Below are positions 19,976-29,593 of a DNA stretch of 46,612 bases, piece by piece. Below the pieces are notes generated by a model. That model searched no databases. It saw only the letters and a list, made by a program, of their open reading frames with translations, and had not been told where the DNA came from. The DNA comes from Pseudomonadota bacterium (GTDB lineage Bacteria; Desulfobacterota; Desulfobacteria; Desulfobacterales; JBDRRP01): the NCBI GenBank assembly GCA_043825735.1, contig JBDRRP010000152.1, positions 62,001-108,612 of the forward strand. The letters are read 5' to 3'. Within the stretch, counting starts at the first letter, position 1. Every line of letters starts with the position of its first letter. The translations under genes were made by a program, and so were the position numbers.

Positions 19976-21853
19976 ATGTCAATAGGGAAACCGGGAGCCC
20001 CACGCGTAGCGCTTTTAAATATGCCGTTTTCTACATCCCGCCGACCGTCTATTCAAACCGGTCTACTCCAGGCGATTATTGAAAAAAACGGTTATTACGT
20101 AAAAACTCACTACTTAAATTTGAAGTTTGGCGCTCGCATTGGTTGGGATCTAAATGAAAAAATTTGTCAGGGATTTTATCGTCACCTGCTGGGCGAATGG
20201 ATTTTTTCATATGCTGCATTTGGAAACGAATCGATCGAAAGTAGCCGTTACCTTGGAGCCTATGCCAACCACCTTACCGGATATTGTGAAACGCTTGGGT
20301 GCAACACTGAATTCCTAACCGAACTACGTATGCGAGTAGCGCCGGCTTTTATCCAGGAATGTCTTGAAACAGTAGCTTGGGAAGATTACGATGTCATTGG
20401 TTTCAGTTCAGTGTTCCAACAAAACTGCGCCGCCTTAGCCTTGGCGCATCTTTTAAAAAATCATTTCCCACAAATCTTTATTGTTTTTGGGGGCGCTAAT
20501 TTCGAAGATGAGATGGCTCTGGAATATGTGCAGACTCTTGCGTGGATTGATTATGCTATCATCGGTGAAGGGGATGAGGCTTTCCCAATGCTGTTGGAGC
20601 GTTTGACAGCCGGTGATCTAAAACCCGACATGCCTGGCATTGCTTACAGGAAGGGTGAAGAGATTTTTTATCGTGGCCGTTCACCAATGGTTAAAGATCT
20701 TAACGCCTTGCCAGAGCCTAATTACGATGACTTTTTTGCCACTGCGCTGGCGGTGGAACTCCCAGGTACTGTGGTAGGCTGTGAAGTTGCGCTGCTTTTT
20801 GAATCATCACGTGGTTGTTGGTGGGGGGCGAAGCACCATTGCACCTTCTGTGGGCTTAATGGACTATGCATGACCTTCAGACCCAAATCTCCTGAGCGAG
20901 TTTTGGCAGGTATTGACGAACTCTCGCGCCGGTATGGTGAAAATTCTTTCGCAGCAGTGGATAACATTTTAGATAATCGATATATACGTGCGGTTTTTGA
21001 CCCATTATCTAAACAAAAGACTGACTACACCTTCTTTTATGAGGTGAAAGCCAACCTCACACCGACTCAGCTTCGCCGCATGGCACAAGGTGGTGTCCGC
21101 TTTATACAGCCGGGTATTGAGAGTCTTAGTACCCACACACTCAAATTGATGCAAAAAGGGACGACCGGCATTCAAAACGTGCTGCTTTTGAAATGGGCGG
21201 TCTATTATGGAATGTCTGTAAACTGGAATATCCTTTACGGTGTACCAGGGGAGAACCCGGAAGACTTTGAAACACAATACGAAACAATGAAACTTATTCC
21301 GCATTTACCTCCCCCCCGAGGATTGATACACATTTGGCTTGAGCGGTTTAGTCCAAACTATATTAAAGCTGAAGAAATGGGCTTTCAAAACATACGCCCC
21401 TTCGGGTCATATGCCTGTATTTACCCGGAATATATATCACCACACAAAATTGCGTATTTTTTTGATTACGACCTAACGAAAAACTATTCTGATGAGGCCC
21501 TTAAACCAATGAGCGATTATATCAGATGGTGGCGGGGCGCATGGGATAATCAGAAAAAGCCTTATTTGGTCTATCTCCGTGGTGCTGACCGAATGACGGT
21601 CATTGACGGCCGCAGGCCCGATATGCCAAAATCATATATATTCCATGAACCGGCTGTGCTAATCTATGAGTACTGCAATTTAAAATACAAAAGTGCCCGA
21701 TTGATTTCAAAGCACCTTCGTAGTAGGTTCGGCTTAGACACTGATGAATGCAATGTGCAATCTGATTTAGATAAATTCATAATGCTTGGCCTTATAATGA
21801 AAGAAGATTCTAATTATCTTAGCTTGGCCCTGCCGGCTAACCCCCATTGGTAG
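19976..21853 (+). CDS. RiPP-maturation B12-binding/radical SAM enzyme (TIGR03975-like C-methyltransferase family)
   Basis: NMPF..RPSIQTGLL, LLGEWIF, FQQNCAALALA, GGANF, GEGD, ESSRGCWWGAKHHCTFCGLNG (Cx7Cx2C), VDNIL, YEVKANL, QPGIESLS, WNILYGVPGE and ERFSP, with a C-terminal wHTH/RRE-like region. Confidence 0.9.
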   Translation: MSIGKPGAPRVALLNMPFSTSRRPSIQTGLLQAIIEKNGYYVKTHYLNLKFGARIGWDLNEKICQGFYRHLLGEWIFSYAAFGNESIESSRYLGAYANHLTGYCETLGCNTEFLTELRMRVAPAFIQECLETVAWEDYDVIGFSSVFQQNCAALALAHLLKNHFPQIFIVFGGANFEDEMALEYVQTLAWIDYAIIGEGDEAFPMLLERLTAGDLKPDMPGIAYRKGEEIFYRGRSPMVKDLNALPEPNYDDFFATALAVELPGTVVGCEVALLFESSRGCWWGAKHHCTFCGLNGLCMTFRPKSPERVLAGIDELSRRYGENSFAAVDNILDNRYIRAVFDPLSKQKTDYTFFYEVKANLTPTQLRRMAQGGVRFIQPGIESLSTHTLKLMQKGTTGIQNVLLLKWAVYYGMSVNWNILYGVPGENPEDFETQYETMKLIPHLPPPRGLIHIWLERFSPNYIKAEEMGFQNIRPFGSYACIYPEYISPHKIAYFFDYDLTKNYSDEALKPMSDYIRWWRGAWDNQKKPYLVYLRGADRMTVIDGRRPDMPKSYIFHEPAVLIYEYCNLKYKSARLISKHLRSRFGLDTDECNVQSDLDKFIMLGLIMKEDSNYLSLALPANPHW

Positions 21854-21889
21854 AACCTGACAAGTGACATAAAATGATGGAGTTATGAT

Positions 21890-22123
21890 ATGCAGAAAAA
21901 TCAGCTGAAAGAAATTATTGCTCTGGATACAGTGAAATCATCGGATTTCACCGATGAATTACCGGCTTCTGAGCAACTCGCTCTGAGATGGGTTTTAGAA
22001 CGTGCAAAAACAAAGTATACACAATCGCATTCATTCAATCGGGCTTGCAATTCGTCACCTTGTGCAGAACTGCGCTTTGGGCCTCCCGGTCGTGAGCTTG
22101 CATGGTCTGAAGACCCATACTAA
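21890..22123 (+). CDS. Candidate RiPP precursor peptide (77 aa)
   Basis: GGAG RBS at 21879-21882, starting 36 nt after the rSAM stop. The N-terminal IIA....K...F..EL......AL pattern resembles NHLP-type leaders. The C-terminal part has 2 Cys and several aromatic residues. Confidence 0.55.
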   Translation: MQKNQLKEIIALDTVKSSDFTDELPASEQLALRWVLERAKTKYTQSHSFNRACNSSPCAELRFGPPGRELAWSEDPY

Positions 22124-22180
22124 GGTGTAGTAATTCAGACTTGATCTGATAGTCATTGATTTCTCGAAGGTGCCTGTCGC

Positions 22181-22226
22181 ATAAAACGGCCCGATGCGCG
22201 CGTCACGCATCGGGCCGTAGCTTTTT
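22181..22226. terminator. Intrinsic terminator, probably bidirectional
   Basis: Perfect 13-bp stem ACGGCCCGATGCG (22186-22198) / CGCATCGGGCCGT (22206-22218), with an A-run on the left and a T-run on the right, between convergent genes. Confidence 0.85.
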
Positions 22227-22247
22227 CAGTTGACGATCTCGGACGGC

Positions 22248-23201
22248 TCAGTCCACCACGGGCCTCGGCAGCACCTTGGCCTGCGCGGCGATCTCGGGGA
22301 CCTTGTGCTCCCACTCGATGGCCATGAGATGAACCCCGTGCACGCCCTTCATCTCCTTGAACTCGGCGATCTGCTCACAGGCGATGTTGATCCCCTCCTG
22401 GGCCACGTTCTCTTTGCCGGCCCCCTGGAGCCGCTTGATGATCTCATCGGGAACGTCCATCCCGGGCACCTTGCTTTTCATGTACTTGGCCATACCGACG
22501 CTCTTCATGGGCGTAACGCCGGCGAGGATGTACACCTTTTCGGTGAGACCCATGTCGTTGGCCTGGCGGATGTACTCCCTGAACTTCTCCATATTGTAAA
22601 TACACTGGGTCTGGATGAAGTCCACGCCCGCTTCGATTTTCTTGGCCAGCCGGTGTACCCGCCATTCAAAAGGATCGGCAAAGGGATTGGCCGCCGCACC
22701 GATAAACATTTTCGGCGCCTCGTCGATATCGCCGCCGCTGAGAAACTTACCCTCGTCTCTCATGGTCTTGACCATGTTGATCAGCTGGGTGGAATCGATG
22801 TCGAACACGCCTTTGGCCGTGGGGTGGTCACCGAAAAGGCAGTGGTCGCCCGACAGGCACAGCATGTTTCTCACGCCATGGGCGTAGGCGCCCAGGATGT
22901 CACCCTGCATGGCCAGCCGGTTGCGGTCACGGCAGACCATCTGGTAGTTGGGTTCCAGCCCCTCCTGAATGGCGATGATGGCGGCGGCCCAACTGGACAT
23001 GCGCACCACGGCGGTCTGGTTGTCGGTGATGTTGACCGAATCCACATTCCCCTTGAGAAACCCTGCCTTGTGCCTGACCTCTGCCGCATTGGCGCCGCGC
23101 GGCGGTCCCAGTTCGCCGGTAAATGCGAAGTGACCTGCCTTGAGAATTTTTTCCAGGTTGCTTCCTGCTTTATAACCGTTTGGCTCTGTCATCTGCGTCA
23201 C
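22248..23201 (-). CDS. metF: Methylenetetrahydrofolate reductase large subunit
   Basis: [52 protein letters not shown] and GVHLMAI. Confidence 0.93.
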   Translation of the reverse strand: MTQMTEPNGYKAGSNLEKILKAGHFAFTGELGPPRGANAAEVRHKAGFLKGNVDSVNITDNQTAVVRMSSWAAAIIAIQEGLEPNYQMVCRDRNRLAMQGDILGAYAHGVRNMLCLSGDHCLFGDHPTAKGVFDIDSTQLINMVKTMRDEGKFLSGGDIDEAPKMFIGAAANPFADPFEWRVHRLAKKIEAGVDFIQTQCIYNMEKFREYIRQANDMGLTEKVYILAGVTPMKSVGMAKYMKSKVPGMDVPDEIIKRLQGAGKENVAQEGINIACEQIAEFKEMKGVHGVHLMAIEWEHKVPEIAAQAKVLPRPVVD

Positions 23202-23275
23202 CTTGATCTTATGGATTCATGTCCCCGGGTGTCGACTGTCTTTCGCAGTGTTGTCTCCCGTATCGTCCCGGATCC

Positions 23276-23950
23276 CTATTCCACTTTTTCCGGCTTCTTG
23301 TAACCGGGCTGGATGAGAGTCCGCGGGACACTGTCTTTCCAGCCGGTTACGGCATAGATCTTCTTGATGTTGTCCAGCCGCCCCTGAGCGGAAAGCCGCT
23401 CATAGATCTTGAACCAGGCGCACGGCTGCTCCTGGCTGATCTCGCACTTGCCCTTGTTGGTGCCGCCGCAGGGGCCGTTGTAGAGCCCCTTGGCGCACAT
23501 GGTCACCGGGCAGATGCCGCCGGTCCAGCCCAGCACGCAGCTCTGGCAGGAACGGCAGCGCTCTTCATACCAGCCCACCGCCTGGTTGACGGCCAGACCC
23601 GAAGTGTTGACGCCCGGAAACACCGGCGTGTCCGGGAACCGCTCGGCCAGAAACTGGATACCGACCCCGCAGGCCATGGAGATGAGCGCATCATAGCCGC
23701 CGACCTTGTCATCCAGTGCCGCCAGGTACTCCCGGTCGCATTGGCGCTCCACCGTGTGGGCGGCAATTTCGATAGGGTTGTCTGCCAGTTTTCTGGCCAT
23801 CTCCAGTTCGGCGTTGAGCACGGCCACCTCTTTCTCGCCGCCCGCCAGGCAGACCGATACACAGGTGCCGCACCCTACGTTCAGGACGCGCTTGTAGTCC
23901 TTGAGCATTTCCATTATTTCATCAAAGGGTTTCCGTTCTGCAACTATCAT
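23276..23950 (-). CDS. metV: Methylene-THF reductase small Fe-S/Zn subunit
   Basis: GCGTCVSVCLAGG, RQC, MACGVG and CRSCQSCVLGWTGGICPVTMCAKGLYNGPCGG..GKCE...CAW. It lies directly upstream of metF. Confidence 0.92.
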   Translation of the reverse strand: MIVAERKPFDEIMEMLKDYKRVLNVGCGTCVSVCLAGGEKEVAVLNAELEMARKLADNPIEIAAHTVERQCDREYLAALDDKVGGYDALISMACGVGIQFLAERFPDTPVFPGVNTSGLAVNQAVGWYEERCRSCQSCVLGWTGGICPVTMCAKGLYNGPCGGTNKGKCEISQEQPCAWFKIYERLSAQGRLDNIKKIYAVTGWKDSVPRTLIQPGYKKPEKVE

Positions 23951-24003
23951 GGTTCCTCCTGTCGCGTGGATGGGTGCTCCGTCAGAACCTCGCGGGTGGA
24001 TCG

Positions 24004-25317
24004 TTATTCCTGTTCCGGGTGAAAAACCAGTACGTCCTTGAGATCGTCACCGAGATATTCGCGCTCCTTGGGACCGAGGATGCCCAAAGACAGGCACATC
24101 AGTGTCCACAGATGCACGGTCTGCCAGGGATGATCGCGCACATCGCTCAAATCGTGGATCTGGGCGTGGCAGTTATGGCACGGTGCGATGCAGTAAGCGG
24201 CACCGGTGGCCAGGATCTGCTCGGCTTTGAGCCGGCCGTATTCACGGCGCTCCTCGTTGAAACCCGACTGCAGAAATCCGCCGCCGCCGCCGCAGCAGTA
24301 GTTGTTGCAGCGGTTGGGCGTCATATCGATAAAGTTCTCTTCCCCCACCACCGATTTGACCACAAAGCGCAGGTCCTCGGCAATGGGATCGCCGTAACTT
24401 TTTCGCACGATCTGGCAGGGGTCCTGAACCGTGAACTTGATCTTGAGATCCTTGTTCCAGTCGCTGTTGACCTTGAGCCTGCCCTCGCGGATCCATTTGG
24501 CATAATACTCGTAGATATTCTTGACTTCGAACTTGTGCGCGATGTTGAATTTTTTCAGTCCGGCCCGGACTGAGAAAGTGACATGCCCTCACTCGGTGTT
24601 GAGAAATGTCTTGCACCCCAGCGCATCGGCCTGCCCCGCCGTGGTGCGAGTGATGTGCTCCCAGGCGGCGTTGTCGGCGAGAAACAGGCAGTAATTCTCA
24701 CCGGCCCATCCCTTGCTGCCGTACGTCCAGTCGACACCGGCCAGGTGAAGGAGCTTCCACAGCGGCACCATCTCGTCCGGCTCGGTCACCGGCTCACGGC
24801 TGTTCTGGTTCAAGAAGAATTCGGCGCCCTCTTTGTCGATGGGTGCCTGCATGTCGGCAAATTCCGGCTGAGCCTCCTGGTATTCGGCCAGCACGTCTTC
24901 CACCACGAAGCGAAAATCCTCCGGTGTGGCGCCCATGGCGCTGGTGCTGTCGTTTCGAAGCGCCATGTCGCAGGAGTCGAGAATCCCCTTGGGGCGCGTC
25001 TCCCGCGGCCAGCTAGCCCGGACGTTGAAAACGAGCTGCGGGATATCGATTTTCATAGGGCAGACGTAGATGCAGCGCTGGCACATGCTGCACATCCAGA
25101 CCCATTTTGTTGATTTGATTTCTTTGTCCATCCCCAACGCCGCCATTCTCAAAAACTTGCGCGGGTCCATGCCCTCCAGGCCCGAGGCCGGGCAACCCGC
25201 CGTACAGGCGCCGCAGGTCAGGCACAGGTTCAGGTTGCCGCCCTCGGGCAGCAATGCCTTGACCGTGTCGATGAACGGGCTTTTGTTCTTTGTCAGCGTG
25301 ATGGCTGTATCATCCAT
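24004..25317 (-). CDS. HdrD/DsrK-like Fe-S oxidoreductase (HdrC-like 2x[4Fe-4S] plus CCG domains), selenoprotein, 437 aa
   Basis: CLTCGACTAGCP and CSMCQRCIYVCP, then FLNTE-TGA(24589-24591)-GHVTFSV, which is the ECGH motif with Sec. The same frame continues into QDPCQI, NYCCGGGGG and PCHNC of track ORF 24004-24408. Confidence 0.88.
24555..24573 (-). promoter_or_regulatory. Bacterial SECIS hairpin for Sec codon 24589-24591
   Basis: Perfect 8-bp stem UCAGUCCG-GGC-CGGACUGA starts 15 nt after the UGA. Confidence 0.8.
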
Positions 25318-25340
25318 GGCATCCTCCGGACAGTGAGGCG

Positions 25341-25754
25341 TTATTTCCCTTTCAGCGGATTGGGGCCCAGCGCCGTGATATGCTCGGTCATCTCCTTGGC
25401 ATAGGCCGCAAAGGTGGGGCCTTCACCGGAGGAAAGGTTGTACATTCTGACCCGATCCCCCTCGATGCCGATCTCTTCAAGAAGCATTCGGACGTGGTTC
25501 ACCCGCTCACGGCAACGCAGGTTGCCCTCGTTGTAGTGGCAGGCGCCTTCAAGGCAGCCCACGCAATAGGCACCGTCGGCCCCTTTCTGGATCGCGCGCA
25601 GCAAATGCATCACATCTACTTTTCCGGTACAGGGGACCCGGATGATCTTGACGTTCGTCGGGTAATTCAGTCGCATGGAACCTGCCAGGTCCGCTGCGGA
25701 ATACCCTCAGTATTCGCAGCAAAACGCGATGATGGTGGGTTCAAATTCCGCCAT
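25341..25754 (-). CDS. mvhD: MvhD/FlxD-like [2Fe-2S] protein, selenoprotein (Sec16), 137 aa
   Basis: ATG at 25754 overlaps the hdrA stop (TAATG). It reads MAEFEPTIIAFCCEY-TGA(25707-25709)-GYSAADLAGSMRLNYP...VPCTGKVD...VGCLEGACHY. Confidence 0.9.
25677..25692 (-). promoter_or_regulatory. Bacterial SECIS hairpin for Sec codon 25707-25709
   Basis: GGACCU-GGC-AGGUUCC lies 14-15 nt after the UGA. The stem is shorter than in the other five. Confidence 0.6.
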
Positions 25755-28700
25755 TACACCCCCTCCGCCAGCAAGGCATCAATTTTACAGGTTAGCTGAT
25801 CGTCTTCGTAGAAACTCAACTGAATGGTCTGGCGCGGGCACACGGCGGTACAAACGCCGCACCCGTGGCAGAGGGCCTCGTTGATTTCGATGACTTTTTT
25901 CTCGGCATTCCACTGAGGAACCCCGAACGGGCAGGACCGCACACAGGTGAGGCACTTGACGCAGTAATCCGTGTCGACCTTGGCGGTGATGGCCGAAAGT
26001 TTGATGACGTCATTGGCCAGGAATGTGGTGGCCCGCGCCGCCGCGGCCTGGGCCTGGGCGATGGTCTCGCTGATCAGTTTGGGGCCATGGGCCGTGCCGC
26101 ACAGAAACACCCCGTCACTGGGCATGTCCACAGGCCGGAGCTTGACGTGGGCTTCCAGGAAAAAGCCCTCGGGGTTGCGGTTGAACTTCATAATGCCGCT
26201 CAATTGATCGGTATCCGCGGCGGTAAGACCGGCGCTGAGCACCAGTTTATCGGCGCTGATGGCCAGCGGCTGCTGCAGGATATGGTCTTTTACCGATACC
26301 ACGAGCACGCCGCCGTCCACCGATACAACTGGCGGAGCGGTCTCGTCAAACCGGATGAAGATCACGCCTTTTTCCCGCGCTTCCTTGTAGTAATCCTCGA
26401 GCAGGCCGTATGTGCGGATATCCCGATAAAGAATGAAAACCTGAGCATCGGGGTTTTTCTTCTTGAGGGTCAGGGCGTTTTTGACCGCCGCCTGACAGCA
26501 GATCCGCGAACAATTTTCATTTTCCGCGTTGCGTGAGCCCACGCACTGGATCATCACGACCGAATCCAGACCTTCGGCACCGGTTTCCTCAAGGATATCG
26601 GTCAACCCGACCTGGGTCACCACCCGCGGGTCCTGGCCGTAGAGAAACTCGGTGGGCTGATATTCATTGGCGCCGGTGGCGACGATGATCACGCCGTGAT
26701 CGATCTTCTGGGGCTCGCCCTCGGCGCCCACGCGCACCTCGGTAGTAAAACTCCCCTTGAACCCTTCGAACCCGGTGATGGTCGCATCGGTGAGCACCGA
26801 GATCTTGTCATTGGCGGTGACATCACCGATGAGCTGTTTGAGATAGGCCTGGACGTCCGCACCCTCGATGGTGTGGTGAAGCTTCCGGGCGAATCCGCCG
26901 AGCGCGGTATCCTTTTCCACCAGGGCGACCTCAAATCCCTGTCTGCCCAGCCCCAGGGCCGCATTCATCCCGGCGATGCCGCCGCCGATGACCAGGGCGC
27001 GCTTGTTGATGGGCACCACCTTGCCTTCGAGCTGCTTGAGCGTGCCGGCCCGGGCCACGGCCATGCGTACCAGGTGCTTGGCTTTCACGGTGGCGGCAGT
27101 GTGATCGTTGGAATGAATCCACGAGTTCTGGTTGCGGATATTGGCCATCTCAAAAAGGTATTTGTTAAGTCCGCAAGCCTCCAGGGTCTCCATGAACATG
27201 GCTTCATGGGTCTTGGGGCTGCAGGAGGCCACCACCACCCGGTTGAGCTGCTCCTTGATGATGATTTCCTTGATCTTGTCCTGGGTATCCTGGCTGCAGG
27301 TAAACAGGTTCTGATCGGAAAAGACCACACCTGGCAGACTGGCGGCATATTTGGTGACGTCCGGCACATCGACGATGCCGCCGATGTTGATCCCGCAGTT
27401 GCACACGAATACGCCGATGCGCGGGGCTTCCCCGCTGACGTCCTTTTGCTCGGGCAGCTCGATTTTCTCGATGTCGTTGCCTCTAGCCCCGGCCAAAGCG
27501 CCTCCGGCCAGACAGGCGGCCGCACTGGCCTCGGTCACCGAACTGGGAATGTCCTTAGGGCCCTGCATCACGCCGCAGGTGTAAAATCCCGGCCGTGAGG
27601 TGGCGACAGGATCAAAGGGGCTGGATTTGGCGAAGTTGTATTTGTCGAGTTCAATGCCCATGCGCGCGGCCAGCTGGGCGGCATCGGGCTGAACCTGCAG
27701 TCCCACCGAAAGCACCACCATGCTGAAGACCTCTACATGCATGGCCCCGGCTTCATCCACATATTTCACTTCGAGATCGCCGCTGCCGGGCAACTCGGTG
27801 ATGGTGTGGATCCTTGCCTTGACAAACCGCACGCCGTCCTTGTTCTTGGCGCGCAGGTAGTACTTTTCGTAGTCTTTGCCGAAGGTCCGGATGTCCATGT
27901 TGAAAATGGTGCAGTCCAGATCGCCGTGGATGTGTTCCTTGGCGATCATGGCCTCCTTGACGGCGTACATGCAGCACACCGAGGAGCAGTACCCGTTGCC
28001 GCACCGGTTGGTGTCCCTGGAGCCCACGCACTGGAACCAGGCGATGCGCCGCGGCTCCTCACGGTCCAGGGGGCGCATGACATGGCCGAAATAGGGGCCG
28101 GAAGCGCTCAGAATGCGCTCGAACTCCTCGCTGGTGACCACGTTGGCATATTTGCCGTAGCCCCAGAAATCGAGACCCGAGGGATCATAGCCCTCACTGC
28201 CGGTGGCCATGATCACCGAGCCCACCGTTATCTGGGTCTCCCGGCGCTGGTCGCTGTAGTTGACCGCCTTGGCGATACACATATTTTCGCACAGGCCGCA
28301 GCCGATGCAGGTGTCGGTGTCGATGGCAAAGGCCAGCGGCACGGCCTGGGCGTATTCGATATACGTGGCCCGGCGGTCGTCGAGCTTCTTGTTGTAGGCA
28401 TTGACGGCGGTCACCGGGCAGTGACGGGCGCACTCGCCGCAGCCGGTGCACGCGACCGGGTCGATGTAGCGCGGGTGGTTGACCAACGTCACCTGGAAGT
28501 CTCCGGGCTTGCCGTCCACGCGATCTACTTCACTGCACATGACCAATTCGATGTTAGGGTGCCGGCCGACCTCGACCAGTTTGGGCGAGATCACTCACAT
28601 GGCGCAGTCATTGGTTGGAAAGGTCTTGTCCAGCCGGGACATCATCCCGCCGACGGTGGGCGATTTGTCCACCAGGTAAACCTTGTACCCGGCATTGCCC

Positions 28701-28783
28701 AGATCCAACGAGGCCTGCATACCGGCGATACCGGCACCGACCACCAGCACCGAACCGCTTGTTTTGCCTTGCGCTGCTCCCAT
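25754..28783 (-). CDS. hdrA: Tandem-module HdrA-family flavoprotein, selenoprotein (Sec63), 1009 aa
   Basis: Track ORFs 28595-28783 and 25754-28594 share a frame across [23 protein letters not shown]. There are two FAD-binding GxGxAG modules and ferredoxin CxxCxxCxxxC motifs. Confidence 0.93.
28562..28579 (-). promoter_or_regulatory. Bacterial SECIS hairpin for Sec codon 28595-28597
   Basis: CUGGUCG-AGGU-CGGCCGG starts 15 nt after the UGA. Confidence 0.8.
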
Positions 28784-28792
28784 GACAACTCC

Positions 28793-29542
28793 TTATCGTG
28801 CCACAAAAATGGGTTTATGGTCTTCCATTCCTTTGTACTCGACCATACTTCGCTTTTCCATATCGGCCAGAAGGTAGGAAATCTGTTTGAGCGCCAGACC
28901 GATATTGGCGTTGATCTCCCGCGGCGATTTGCAGCCGCCCTTGATGGCCTGCAGGATCAACTGGATGTGGTATTCGCGCTCCAGTATCCCGTCGAGAATG
29001 CATTCAAACGTGTCCGCATCCCACCGGCGGCCGTAGACGTCGCCCTTGGCGGTGATCTTGACTTCCTTTCCCACGGTCCAGCGCAGGGTCTCTCCACTGA
29101 GCGCCGCTTCGATGGCGTCCAGTTCAAGTCGGTAAGTCGCAGGGTCGAACTTGCCCAGACTGCGGATGGTGTCGGTGACCGTGGTGGCGATCTCGGCAAA
29201 CCGCTGAGCTTCGGCCGACGAACACCAATAAAGGTGCAGCCGGTCTTTCCCGATACCGGAAACGGCCAACAGGTTTCGGGTCATGCGGATCTTCTTTTCG
29301 GCTTGGACATTACCTTCCAGGTAATGGCAGTCACCGATGTGTCAGCCGGCGACCAACACGCCGTCGGCGCCCTCCTTGAGCGCCTTGACCACAAACAGCG
29401 GATCCACCCGGCCCGAGCACATCACCCGGACCGTTCTCAGGTTGGGCGGATATTGCAGACGGGACACGCCCGCCAGATCGGCGCCGCCGTAAGCGCACCA
29501 GTTACATAAAAAAGCGACAATCTTCGGTTCAAAATCTCCCAT
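28793..29542 (-). CDS. mvhD: MvhD/FlxD-like protein with C-terminal extension, selenoprotein (Sec67), 249 aa
   Basis: [15 protein letters not shown]...VMCSGRVD...GVLVAG-TGA(29342-29344)[11 protein letters not shown], in frame with track ORF 28793-29284. Confidence 0.9.
29308..29326 (-). promoter_or_regulatory. Bacterial SECIS hairpin for Sec codon 29342-29344
   Basis: Perfect 8-bp stem CAUUACCU-GGA-AGGUAAUG starts 15 nt after the UGA. Confidence 0.8.
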
Positions 29543-29593
29543 CGATGCACCTGCCTCTATACGCGGTTACAGGTTGTGTTTCCCTGGGGCCGT

